Shown here one piece after another: positions 1 to 9,349 of a stretch of 64,000 nt of DNA. The stretch comes from Oligoflexales bacterium (GTDB taxonomy: Bacteria; Bdellovibrionota_B; Oligoflexia; Oligoflexales; RGVZ01), in contig CANFEB010000001.1 in NCBI GenBank assembly GCA_947445775.1, positions 80,484 to 144,483 on the forward strand, read 5' to 3'. A program made the translations under genes and the position numbers. Position 1 is the stretch's first letter, and every line of letters starts with the position of its first letter. The notes beneath the pieces were generated by a model. The model was given only the letters and a program-made list of their open reading frames with translations. It was not told the origin of the DNA and did not search any database.

Positions 1-1773
1 CCGCGAGGGATCCGTGGCGCTGACGTCGGCATCAATGAGGCAAATCCATTCAGAGTTTGCCACAGATTTGGCGTGGGATTTTTGGTCAGATTTGTGTTCA
101 GATTTGTGTTCAGATTTTTTTTGGTATTTTTTTTCGTATGTTTTCAATGATACGGTTCGCCCATCGACGAGCCGGTAGATCCCGTCGCCTCCGCTAGGCT
201 CCAACCGACCCACACGGTCCGCATAGCCCGCCAGAATCAATTTCGTGATTAGCTCAGATGCCCTGCCTGTTGCTGTCAGATCAACTGGCTCAAGATTTTT
301 TTCCCCAGCAATGCGGGCAATCTGCGCAAAGGCAGACGCCCTTCCCGCCTGGGCTCCCTCACTGACTCGGGCGGCAAACGTCACGGCCGCGCCCAGGGCC
401 TTCAACCGTTTACCCTCATGAACAATCCTGGCGAGGCGAGGATGCAGCGGGTATTTTGCCATCTCCCTTCCAATTTCGGTCAAATGGCCTGCTTGATCCA
501 GAGCACCCAAGGCCCGCAACAAAGTTGCGCTGCCTGCAAAACGGACCGCTTCCGGCGGATCCACCCAGGGCAAGTCCCTGACGATATTCAAAACGGGCTT
601 TGGTCCCGGCACATCGACTACACAGGCAACTTCTAGCAAGGTTTGACTCAAATCAAGGCGCATGATTTCCGGAATTTCAAAAGCAGCGCGACTGCGAAAA
701 TCAAATTCTGAGTACAAGCGGAGCACCACCCCAGGCCCGCGTCGCGCCGCACGACCCGCACGCTGTATGCATGACGCCTGGCTGACGCGTTGAAGTTTCA
801 ACGTCGGCAAACCAGCCCAATTTGAAAACGACGGAATTTTCGCCAGCCCGGCATCGACAACGATGTTTACGCCTTCAATTGTCAGCGAACTCTCGGCAAT
901 ATTGGTCGCGAGGATTATTTTTGAACGTTGGGAAATTTCAAAAACTCTGCGCTGTTCTTGTGGTGGCAAGGACCCATGCAACTTGCAAATCAGGTCACTT
1001 GAAAAACCAGCGATGCTCGCCAACTGGTCGGCACAGCGGTCGATCTCGGGGGCACCCGGCAAAAAAATCAAAACGTGACCAGGAACAACACCCATTGCGG
1101 CGAGAGCTTTGCGTCCGCTTGAAATTGCAGCGGTGATGCGCTCGTAGATGCGCCCAGAAAACATCTCCACCGATTCCGACTGGGTGGCACTGACCTCATG
1201 GATAACCGTCAACGGATAATTCTCTGCGGCCGTGGTCACCACAGGAGGGTGGCCCAGAGCCTCCGCCAGTTTTTCAACATCAAGCGTTGCCGACATGACT
1301 ACTAATTTCAGGTCAGGACGCAGGCCCGCCTGCAACTGGCGCACTGCCGCAAGGGCAACATCTGTGTGCATGTGGCGTTCGTGAAATTCGTCAAGAATAA
1401 CGACACCAGCTCGGGACAGTTTCGGATCGGCGATCAGGTAACGTAGCAGCATCCCCTCGGTCATGAATAGAACACGCGTTGCGGATGTGGCCTCATGTTC
1501 AAAACGAATATGATAACCGATGGTTTTACCGCAAGGTTCTCCGCATTCAAAGGCCACGCGCTGTGCTGCCAGACGCGCAGCAAGGCGCCGCGGTTCCAAA
1601 ACGATGATTTGCAATCCCGGTTGAATGCAATCCATGAGGGCTGGCGGGACGCGGGTTGTTTTTCCGCTGCCAGGAGTCGCCTTGATGATGAGGGTGTTTG
1701 CAGAAGAAAGATTTTCTTTGACCTGCGCCAAACATGCATCGATGGGCAGTGAAATGTTCTCGGGCAAAGTCAT
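1..1773 (-). CDS. hrpB: ATP-dependent DEAH-box helicase HrpB, N-terminal ~590 codons (3' end runs off the window)
   Basis: Absent from the ORF track because it is edge-truncated. My translation from ATG 1773-1771 gives MTLPENISLPIDACLAQVKENLSSANTLIIKATPGSGKTTRVP (P-loop) and VVILDEFHERH (DEFH box). The frame stays open to position 1. The ATG overlaps the tdk stop (ATGA). Confidence 0.8.
   Translation of the reverse strand, partial: MTLPENISLPIDACLAQVKENLSSANTLIIKATPGSGKTTRVPPALMDCIQPGLQIIVLEPRRLAARLAAQRVAFECGEPCGKTIGYHIRFEHEATSATRVLFMTEGMLLRYLIADPKLSRAGVVILDEFHERHMHTDVALAAVRQLQAGLRPDLKLVVMSATLDVEKLAEALGHPPVVTTAAENYPLTVIHEVSATQSESVEMFSGRIYERITAAISSGRKALAAMGVVPGHVLIFLPGAPEIDRCADQLASIAGFSSDLICKLHGSLPPQEQRRVFEISQRSKIILATNIAESSLTIEGVNIVVDAGLAKIPSFSNWAGLPTLKLQRVSQASCIQRAGRAARRGPGVVLRLYSEFDFRSRAAFEIPEIMRLDLSQTLLEVACVVDVPGPKPVLNIVRDLPWVDPPEAVRFAGSATLLRALGALDQAGHLTEIGREMAKYPLHPRLARIVHEGKRLKALGAAVTFAARVSEGAQAGRASAFAQIARIAGEKNLEPVDLTATGRASELITKLILAGYADRVGRLEPSGGDGIYRLVDGRTVSLKTYEKKYQKKSEHKSEHKSDQKSHAKSVANSEWICLIDADVSATDPSR
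86..118. repeat. 12-bp tandem repeat TCAGATTTGTGT x ~2.7
   Basis: Read directly; lies in-frame inside hrpB and encodes (SEHK)n. Confidence 0.8.
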
Positions 1774-2384
1774 TTTCCTGCAGACCCTGCGATTTTCGCA
1801 TCGTAACATCCCGCGCAGGTGGGCAAATATTTTTCCTCGCAGCCAAGATCCACCACAGACTCCGGGTTTTCCAAATCATCAGGGTCGTTTGAACTTGCGC
1901 CGCCAACGGCGCGGCCCCCGACCATTTTCAGATTATAGACCGCCTTTTTGTTGCAAAAAGCACAAGTCGTCTTCACTTCCTCGATGGCATCGGCAAGTTC
2001 AAGAAGCCTTAGACTTCCGGGGAATAGCCGCCTGCGAAAGTCCGTGCGCAGACCGTAGCAAATAACGGGGACGTTAAAATCTGTGGTGATACGCCGTAAC
2101 TGTTCAATCGCCTGGGGATCAAGAAACTGGCATTCGTCCACGAGCAAGCAGTCAATCCCGCCCAGGAGCGATTCGTTGATTCGCTCACCGGCCGCCAACA
2201 CAATATCAGCCTCTTGTTCTAGGCCGGCCCGCGAACGAACTCGATTAGCGCCAAATCTGGTATCCAAGGCTGGCTTGAGAATCAGAATTCTTTTTTCTTG
2301 TTGCCGGTAGTTGTGGGCCACCGCCAGTAGATTAAGGGTCTTTGCGCTGCCGACTGCACCGTAACGGAAATATAATTTAGCCAT
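1770..2384 (-). CDS. tdk: thymidine kinase
   Basis: ORF 1770-2429. The internal ATG at 2384 gives MAKLYFRYGAVGSAKTLNLL (P-loop). Also LLVDECQF and the C-terminal Zn pairs CAFC / CAGC. The start overlaps the upstream stop by 8 nt. Confidence 0.9.
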   Translation of the reverse strand: MAKLYFRYGAVGSAKTLNLLAVAHNYRQQEKRILILKPALDTRFGANRVRSRAGLEQEADIVLAAGERINESLLGGIDCLLVDECQFLDPQAIEQLRRITTDFNVPVICYGLRTDFRRRLFPGSLRLLELADAIEEVKTTCAFCNKKAVYNLKMVGGRAVGGASSNDPDDLENPESVVDLGCEEKYLPTCAGCYDAKIAGSAGK

Positions 2385-3828
2385 GAGGCGCCTTTGCAAT
2401 TGCTGTCTCGTTTGTGGAATATTCGACAATGGTTTTTTTATTTTCGATGATCAATGGCGCAAGTCCGCCGCCGGTTCCGATGTTGACCACGGGGCCGGCT
2501 GAGAATCGCGAAACGCCGCCACCACACAGTGGCGGTGTCCCGGAATTTAAAAAAACAGAGGCATCAACGTAGCCATGAATGACCTCGTTACTGGCCTTGC
2601 TGCTTAAGATGACTTGACTCTTGTGGCGCCGCCCGGCCATGCGTCGCTGAATAATCCAGACGTCGGAAGATTCTGCGGTGATCCAGCGCCAAAAAAGCGC
2701 AGGTGTAACCGTGTGAGAAACCTTCAAAAGATTTTTTAGCCGAACTTGATTTTCATGTTGATCCAATTCACTGCCAACAAAAACTAGATGGCCACCGTAT
2801 CCCGATGAACCCTTGATTACGAAATCGGCGCAATTTCCGACGAAGTCGGCCTCGGATTCACCAAATTCAGAGCTGATCTGCGCAATGGAGAATTTAGCAG
2901 ACGCAATGACTCGCGTCCAAGGCACGCGCCCGCAGATTGCCGCGCGTTGCTCTGGCGAAAGGCCCGCGGCGGCAGAAAGGCTGTCGTTGCTGGCCAGCAC
3001 CGACACCATCGCCAAAAACGCCTTGACCTCATAGTGGGCACTCACGGGATTGTAAATCCGGTGACGACGCGCATCACGCAGGGCAGTCAATAATTGCGAA
3101 TGACCTGATAGGTGCGATAGGCGCGATGCAAATATATGCCGGTATACGAAATCGGCGGGACGCTGACCCCACTGCGCAGGGGTCACCCGAAAGGCCTCGA
3201 CACGGCCTTGCCAGCGGTCTTCCAAGTACATCAATTCGGCCAACTGAGAATCGCCTTCACGGTGCAGTATGGCAACGCGGGGGCGGGCTGTCCGACCTTG
3301 GCGACCATCGCCTTTGGTACGGACATCATTACCGCCGCCGTCACGGTGCCAACTCTCCAGCAAACTATCAAGAAGGTCGTCGCTGTTGCCGCCAATGGGC
3401 GCGGCCATGCCACTAGCAGCCGACCATGCATTCATAACCATGTCACTATAAGCCTGCATGGCTGGAATGGTGCAATTGGCCTCAATCACCTTCAAGTCAT
3501 CGCCGTGCCAAAACAAATCAAAGCGCATGGTCGCAAAACCAGAATTGGCATCGGGACTGCAACGGGCCGCTTCGCGTTCAATGCCGTCCAACCCACCAAA
3601 AATTCGCTGCCAAAGCCCCTGATTTTCAGGACGTTGGATCCAAGACAATACACGCGGAAAACAAGCAAGGATCAACCGAGCATCGTGGACTAGAAGTTGC
3701 CAGTCACTGTTAGCGACGACAACCGGACTCAAGGCGACGGGAATCGGACGCCACGTTGCAGAAGATTTGTCCCAGGTGGACAGATTTTGCCGCCGCAATT
3801 CACTTTGAAATTTCGATAGGTCCAACAT
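2377..3828 (-). CDS. ATP-grasp superfamily protein (glutathionylspermidine-synthase-like or circularly permuted ATP-grasp; family uncertain)
   Basis: ORF 2377-3882, probable start M19. Motifs MRFDLFWHGDDLKVIEANCTIPAM, FVIKGSSGYGGHLVFVG and C-terminal GGGVSRF..NIGTGGG resemble ATP-grasp elements. Confidence 0.4.
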   Translation of the reverse strand: MLDLSKFQSELRRQNLSTWDKSSATWRPIPVALSPVVVANSDWQLLVHDARLILACFPRVLSWIQRPENQGLWQRIFGGLDGIEREAARCSPDANSGFATMRFDLFWHGDDLKVIEANCTIPAMQAYSDMVMNAWSAASGMAAPIGGNSDDLLDSLLESWHRDGGGNDVRTKGDGRQGRTARPRVAILHREGDSQLAELMYLEDRWQGRVEAFRVTPAQWGQRPADFVYRHIFASRLSHLSGHSQLLTALRDARRHRIYNPVSAHYEVKAFLAMVSVLASNDSLSAAAGLSPEQRAAICGRVPWTRVIASAKFSIAQISSEFGESEADFVGNCADFVIKGSSGYGGHLVFVGSELDQHENQVRLKNLLKVSHTVTPALFWRWITAESSDVWIIQRRMAGRRHKSQVILSSKASNEVIHGYVDASVFLNSGTPPLCGGGVSRFSAGPVVNIGTGGGLAPLIIENKKTIVEYSTNETAIAKAPHG

Positions 3829-4579
3829 CAGAGACCGCCTGTTTTTCTGCCTGCATCCCCACGGCATCAAATATGACATCAAGGCGCAGCGATGGGAAAT
3901 GAGAAGGATGAAGGCCCGCGCTGTTTGAAGCGAGGTACTCCGCCAGCCGTGCGTCTGGCGAATCTTCCTGGCTTGCGCCTAGGAGCACAGCAAAAGCGCC
4001 GACTTTGAGCAGGGTTTCGGGCCGCAGCACTAGGGATTCAAATAGTGCGTGACCGAAGATGCTCAGGCGCGCATTCGCGGCGGACAGAACTCGTTTGATT
4101 TCCCCTGGATATGCGTGCGGATCGCCCTGGCGGATGCGCCTGATTTCGCCCGCCAACCAAAAGGCAGCACTTTGATCATCCACCAGCACAATGACACCAG
4201 CCTCATCCACAAGGGTCAAAAAATCACGGCGTGGGCCGCGTTTTCCGGGCAGCTCCGTGGCCATGGCCTCCATGTGGATTCGGTTGATGGCGCGTTTAGA
4301 ATGCGGAAAAGTCCGCCAGGCCAATACATTGAAGAGGTCGTGAAGGGAGTTTTTGCGAACCGGCAGGACGCCTTCGGTAAAGATGCGAACTTCATAATTG
4401 CCACGTCCCACAGCGAAATCCACGCGCAATGGCGGTGGGCCAGAGGGGTTTTGCGGCAACAAATCACTTAAAATGGCGTCGAGACTTGCAGCCGATCCTG
4501 ATTCAAAAGCAGGCCAAAGGACTTGCGGCGGCACCGCAAGCCCTGCGAATTCCCCTCGGTCTGCCAATAAAGTGAGCAT
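3800..4579 (-). CDS. DUF3025-like protein
   Basis: 259 aa. SLHDLFNVLAWRTFPHSKRAINRIH recalls the DUF3025 signature. First gene of the overlapping four-gene operon. Confidence 0.4.
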   Translation of the reverse strand: MLTLLADRGEFAGLAVPPQVLWPAFESGSAASLDAILSDLLPQNPSGPPPLRVDFAVGRGNYEVRIFTEGVLPVRKNSLHDLFNVLAWRTFPHSKRAINRIHMEAMATELPGKRGPRRDFLTLVDEAGVIVLVDDQSAAFWLAGEIRRIRQGDPHAYPGEIKRVLSAANARLSIFGHALFESLVLRPETLLKVGAFAVLLGASQEDSPDARLAEYLASNSAGLHPSHFPSLRLDVIFDAVGMQAEKQAVSDVGPIEISK

Positions 4580-4688
4580 CAGCGGTTACAAACTTCCAAT
4601 AATTTCATGCAATTTAGATTGATTTAAGTATTCAATGCGAATTTGATCAGATAGTCTGCCCACTCAACTTTTGCAGGAGAATTGTGTC

Positions 4689-4907
4689 ATGGATCAACCG
4701 GAACTTTGGTGGAGCAAGGTTTTTGGACCTGCTGATCCCGATACGATCTTAAATCGCATCGATGAATCCATCGAACTCGAAGACTACTGCGACCGCGCAG
4801 AGGGCTTCATGGACCTCGTCGAAGAAGCGCTTGGCAAAAGCATTCCGGCCCCCCAAATCAAAGATATCGCCCTTGGGCTGATGACTTGGGCCGAAACTCA
4901 AGAATAA
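4689..4907 (+). CDS. small acidic hypothetical protein
   Basis: ORF 4671-4907. The ATG at 4689 is preceded by GGAGA. No recognisable motif. Confidence 0.35.
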   Translation: MDQPELWWSKVFGPADPDTILNRIDESIELEDYCDRAEGFMDLVEEALGKSIPAPQIKDIALGLMTWAETQE

Positions 4908-5075
4908 TACAACCAGTTGATTTAATTGGTTTTATAATTATTTCCTCATGCTTTTCCAAAAGCTTCCGAAGATCTTAGTAATGAGCGCCGGCTTGCCCCA
5001 GGCGGGTGGGTTTTTTGCACCCGCTACGTCTGGACTAAGGCTTCTGGCAGCTCGCCAAAGGAGGCATTGGGGATT

Positions 5076-5381
5076 ATGAAGAAACCGCTGACGTACAATG
5101 AGAATGTGTACTTTTTCCAGCGCGACCGCGAGCTCATCCATAACATGGAAGAGAAGCGGCGGCAGGTGGAGCACCGACGTGAAATGCACGATCACGTAGG
5201 ACATTGCACCGCTTGTGGAGAAGACACCATCGCGGTGTTGTTGGAGACTGCGCACATGCATGTCTGTCCAACTTGCCACGGTGTGTTTGTTGAAGGTGAG
5301 GCTGTGTCGGAGTTGATCCGGCGCGACGCCGTCCACATGGTAACGGGCGGAAAACGGAGGAGACGAAACAATGCCGCATAA
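5076..5381 (+). CDS. zinc-ribbon protein (TFIIB-type zf-like)
   Basis: ORF 5067-5381. ATG 5076 lies 11 nt after AAGGAGG. Two CxxC pairs (CTAC...CPTC) followed by HGVFVEGEAVSEL. Confidence 0.5.
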   Translation: MKKPLTYNENVYFFQRDRELIHNMEEKRRQVEHRREMHDHVGHCTACGEDTIAVLLETAHMHVCPTCHGVFVEGEAVSELIRRDAVHMVTGGKRRRRNNAA

Positions 5382-5614
5382 GGTTTTAGTTTCGGTTTTG
5401 TTTTAGGTTTTATTTTAGAATCCGTGCTCAACGAGCGTCTGGTGCAAACACTGTGCTAGGCGCTCGTCGGCGTTTGTTCCCGGAATTATTGTAAATTTCC
5501 CTTAAAAACCCCACCCGACCAAAGCCGCCGCCATAGTTTTTCTCCAGTCTTTCTGTAGTTTACCGATAACGAAGACGGTGGCGTTTTGTTTTTGAATCAA
5601 TCGGGAGTAAAACC

Positions 5615-7795
5615 GTGGCCTTAGCCAAAGCACTGCAACCACAGCCACAAAACCTGTGGCCCATGTCCCTTGCCGGATCAGCGCACATGCGCCCCTGCAT
5701 CGTCGTGGCCAGAGACTCCGAAGGCAAATACTTCGCGATTCGCGCAACCTCAGGCGGCCCAGGTCTGGACATAACCAAGCTTGAGGCGTTCCTCTTTGAA
5801 CAACTCCGGGCTAATGGGGTTCAGGCGGTTTTGCAGTCGAAATTTGGGTCTCAGGGCGGCAATAAAAGCATCGAGCCAACGGTGGACTTTATTCTGAGGC
5901 TCCACGAACACGGACTCCTTGAACCCCTCAGCAATCACGATTTGATGCAAAGCATCGAGATGCTGGCATCGCAACACCGGGACGCGGTAAAATCCGGTCC
6001 CCGCGTGGATTCGGTGGCAAATTCCACGACCACCACAACCTTTCTGAGAATTGCGGGGCACCCGGCCGTTTCATGGCTGATCGGCGCAGCGTTGATTACC
6101 CTTTGCATCAATCCTGTGATGGGGACGACCCTTAGCATCGACTCCGCCGTGCGCCTTTTGGAAACCCCGGCTGCGACCCTAGGGGGACTTTGGTTGGCGA
6201 TCCTTGCCACCTCGACCATTTACGGGCTCTGCGCCAACGCCATGACCCAAGGCGCGCTCCCGGCCTCGTTGCGCACTGAAACCGTTATCAAGTTCGAACG
6301 GCGCGGCCTGTTTTTTCTAATCGCCAATTTCGACTCGAATGCCGTCGACATGTTGACCCGCACCGAAGAGCTGCGCCTGCGCGCCAGTTTTTTAGCGCTG
6401 CCGTGGATTGGGTGCGGCTTGGCTGCAATTGCCAGTGGCGGTGGCATTGCAGGTGAATCGTTTTTGATAACCTTTGCCTTTGCCTTTGCCTTGGTCGGCT
6501 TGCGTGAAACCAGCCCCCTTGAACGCGGCCAACTGGTCGCCTTTTTGGAAGCCTGGACCCTGCGATCGAATTTGCTGGAAAGCACGCGGTCTTTCCTGCG
6601 CAAGGGGCTCTTACGATTTGATCACGAGATTGCCGGCGGTGAAGGCGTCCTCGCCACCACGATGATTGCCTGGATGGCGGCTTTGACCTTTTACGGTTCT
6701 GAAATATTGATTTCAAGTGTGTACGAACTTGGCAATCAAGTATCGACGTTGGCCTCTGACAAAATCACTCGCCTCGACATTGCCAATGCGGCAGCGTCGG
6801 TCGCATGGCTAATCATGTTGGCCATCGTTTCGGTTGGCGGCATGATCCGCCTTGCCGCCATTCCGTTTCAAAATGTTTTCAATCTGGCCGCAATTCCTCT
6901 CAGAGCCTTGCGTCCAAAAGCACTTTTGGCTTTGACCAACAAAATGACGCCCCAAAATCTGATCCGTGTTTTGAGCGGCATCCCAATATTTAGCGACTTA
7001 AGCACGGCCCTGATGGCCCAAGCCATCAAGCTCTCCGAAATCCTTCAAACGATCCCTGGTGAACTCATTGTAAAACAGGGCGAATTGGGTCAAGACTTTT
7101 ATGTCATCCTTGAGGGTGATTTTCTGGTCGAGGTTCGCGATGAAAATGGCCAACTTTTGCACCATGAGCTACTGATCGCCGGTGATTCATTCGGCGAAAT
7201 AGCCATAATTCAGCATGGGGCGCGCACCGCCACCGTCAAATCAATGGGGCATGGAGTGGTCCTTTCCGTGTCTGAAGCTGCCTTTGATTTGATGTTTCCA
7301 AAAAACCTAAAAACGCGAGAGGATCTGACCCGAATCATGCGCATCGTAAAACTTCTGCGGGAATCTGACGGGCTGTCGTATTTGACGGCGACACAAACCT
7401 TGAACGTTGCGCGGGCCGTAACCCCCAAGTCATCTAAAGCTGGCGACGTTTTAATTGTTGAAGGAGATCCCAAGGCGGACTTTGCACTGCTCATCAATTC
7501 TGGTTCAGTGAAGGTCACCCTCAAGGGGCAGGTGCTTGCAGAGAATTTATCCCGCGGGCAGCTGGCTGGCACCACTGCCTTGATGAACGATTCGCCACGC
7601 ACTGCAACGGTTATCTGCACTGAAGACGCGACATTTTTTGTACTTGGTCGCCAAGACTTTATGAACGCATGCAGCTCTAACGCAGTGATTGCAATATTGC
7701 TCGGCAACATGACCGGAGCCCACCTGAAATCTCAAAAGACTGTTGGTCAGGATGGCGATCCAGCGCCACAGAAAACAGAAAGGAGCGCGGCATGA
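5615..7795 (+). CDS. polytopic membrane protein with two C-terminal cyclic-nucleotide-binding domains
   Basis: 726 aa; GTG start 7 nt after GGGAG. Hydrophobic core of about 300 aa. Tandem CAP_ED motifs: FGEIAIIQHGARTATV and TTALMNDSPRTATVIC. Confidence 0.75.
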   Translation: MALAKALQPQPQNLWPMSLAGSAHMRPCIVVARDSEGKYFAIRATSGGPGLDITKLEAFLFEQLRANGVQAVLQSKFGSQGGNKSIEPTVDFILRLHEHGLLEPLSNHDLMQSIEMLASQHRDAVKSGPRVDSVANSTTTTTFLRIAGHPAVSWLIGAALITLCINPVMGTTLSIDSAVRLLETPAATLGGLWLAILATSTIYGLCANAMTQGALPASLRTETVIKFERRGLFFLIANFDSNAVDMLTRTEELRLRASFLALPWIGCGLAAIASGGGIAGESFLITFAFAFALVGLRETSPLERGQLVAFLEAWTLRSNLLESTRSFLRKGLLRFDHEIAGGEGVLATTMIAWMAALTFYGSEILISSVYELGNQVSTLASDKITRLDIANAAASVAWLIMLAIVSVGGMIRLAAIPFQNVFNLAAIPLRALRPKALLALTNKMTPQNLIRVLSGIPIFSDLSTALMAQAIKLSEILQTIPGELIVKQGELGQDFYVILEGDFLVEVRDENGQLLHHELLIAGDSFGEIAIIQHGARTATVKSMGHGVVLSVSEAAFDLMFPKNLKTREDLTRIMRIVKLLRESDGLSYLTATQTLNVARAVTPKSSKAGDVLIVEGDPKADFALLINSGSVKVTLKGQVLAENLSRGQLAGTTALMNDSPRTATVICTEDATFFVLGRQDFMNACSSNAVIAILLGNMTGAHLKSQKTVGQDGDPAPQKTERSAA

Positions 7796-8187
7796 TCGAA
7801 CGCCTTCTCCCCTTGGCCCTGATGAGCGGCATGGGCGCCAAAGGGTATGAAAAAAAGGACGTGGTCACCGACAAGATGAAGCAATTTGTCACGAGCATCG
7901 AACGGGTGGTGAATTATCAGCGTATTTCAACTGTGGCCCACGCCATAGAATTGGCGATGATCGACGAAAATCCGCCGAAAATCGAAGACCCAAAGATTTT
8001 CAAGGCGACCGTCAGAGAACTCGTCGGGATCGGCAAAAAGGGCAAGGGTGACGCCTCGAAAGATTACTGGGGATCAGAATTGCGCATTAAAGTAAAAGCC
8101 AACACCTTTGTCGTCTTCTCGGCTGGGCCGGACAAAAAATGGAGCACCAAGGACGACCAATCGGTCATGGCCGAGATCATTCGTTGA
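7792..8187 (+). CDS. soluble T2SS GspG-C-like (pseudopilin globular domain) protein lacking a prepilin N-terminus
   Basis: 131 aa with an ATGA overlap onto the upstream gene. KDYWGSELRIKVKANTFVVFSAGPDKKWSTKDD resembles the DPWG...SxGxDG...DD motif of GspG. Confidence 0.4.
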   Translation: MIERLLPLALMSGMGAKGYEKKDVVTDKMKQFVTSIERVVNYQRISTVAHAIELAMIDENPPKIEDPKIFKATVRELVGIGKKGKGDASKDYWGSELRIKVKANTFVVFSAGPDKKWSTKDDQSVMAEIIR

Positions 8188-8197
8188 TCATTCGTTG
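8176..8197. repeat. 11-bp tandem duplication ATCATTCGTTG x2 spanning a stop codon
   Basis: Read directly; covers the TGA at 8185-8187. Confidence 0.8.
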
Positions 8198-8218
8198 ATC
8201 AAGAGATGATCTCAGCGC

Positions 8219-8500
8219 TTAAATTTTGGTTCCATAGACTAATCGGATTGCTTGGGTTCTGCTCTTAGAATCCGAGGAACCAGTGCCGCTGGATTTAGAA
8301 ACAGAGTCATTCAATTCAATTCCAACCCCGACATTGTCCTGGCGCCCCACTGCAAACCGAGCCTGAAAGTTGATGCCTTGACTTGAACTTGAACTTGAAC
8401 TTGAACTTGAACTTGAACTTGACCCATCATTTACGGCCCCAACAGATTCTTTCCCTTTTTTTATGGCGACCGCAGCCTCAATATTCAGGGTTTTATTGCC
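8219..8500 (-). pseudogene. start-less 3' remnant of a beta-strand-rich envelope protein gene (tentative)
   Basis: Open frame with no start codon: ...AAVAIKKGKESVGAVNDG(S)14QGINFQARFAVGRQDNVGVGIELNDSV...RTQAIRLVYGTKI*, stop at 8219-8221. Not in the ORF track because it lacks a start. Confidence 0.25.
8381..8422. repeat. hexanucleotide microsatellite (ACTTGA)7
   Basis: Seven perfect units read directly. On the minus strand it encodes poly-Ser in the remnant frame. Confidence 0.9.
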
Positions 8501-9349
8501 ATGACCAATGCCCGCAATAACCTCTGTGCTATTGATGAAGTTAAAAAAATACCGGCACTACTAGACACCATTCACCAGATTATTTTCAAGAAGAAGCAAA
8601 AATTCGCCCTAACTGGATCGAGCGCCAGAAAGTTAAAAAGGGTGGCGCAAATCTTCTGGCGGGTAGAGCCCTCGTATATCATTTGTATCCCCTGACCTTT
8701 GCAGAGATGGCAGATGACTTTGATTTGTTAGAGACCCTTCAGTATGGCAGCCTGCCAGAAATCGTAAACGCTTCATCACGAGAGGAAGCGCAAGAAACGC
8801 TTCGTGCGTACGTTAACACGTATCTGCGCGAGGAAATTCTCATCGAACAACTCGTACGTAACGTGACCCCTTTTCGTAAATTTCTTGAGGTCGATGCCCA
8901 GTGTAATGGGCAAATCATCAATTACGCGAAAATCGGCCGCGACTGCGGCGTCGATGGGACCGCTATTGAACGGTATTTTCAAATTCTTGAGGACACTCAT
9001 GTGGGATTTACGCTGCAGCCATTTCATCTATCAATCCGCAAACGGCAGGCGCAAAAACCGAAGTTTTATTTTTTTGACCTTGGTCTTCGACGGTTTTTAG
9101 AGGGGCTGATTTCATTTCCCGCAGTTGAAGGTAACTTTCAGTTTGGAAAGATATTCGAGCATTTCATTATTTTGGAAATCATGCTGTTGACTGAATATTA
9201 CAAAAAGGACTTTCGCCTTAGTTTCTTGATGACTAAGGAAAACGCCAAAATTAATTTAATTGTGGAACGACCTGGTCAAAAAACTCTCGCGATCGAAATT
9301 AAATCAGCGAAATTCGTCGATGAAGTCGAAATCGCGAAAATGCAACGCC
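8501..9349 (+). pseudogene. AAA_14/DUF4143-type ATPase fragment 1 (no P-loop, frameshifted, 3'-truncated)
   Basis: Starts at Walker B (CAIDEVKKIPALL). A 1-nt loss in the G-run near 8640 splits ORFs 8501-8695 and 8683-9387; the expected reading is SSARKLKRGGANLLAGRALVYHLYPLTF. Ends at IEIKSAKFVDEVEIAKMQRL. Confidence 0.75.

Noticed and set aside
4938-5336. 132-aa ORF on the minus strand, antisense to the Zn-ribbon gene
   Set aside because: It has no RBS or recognisable motif, and it is fully overlapped by a better-supported plus-strand gene with a strong AAGGAGG. Typical antisense shadow ORF.
8381-8422. Short tandem arrays (this one and the others listed) as CRISPR
   Set aside because: The units are contiguous with no spacers, and they are 6-30 nt long. 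These are micro- and minisatellites, not CRISPR.
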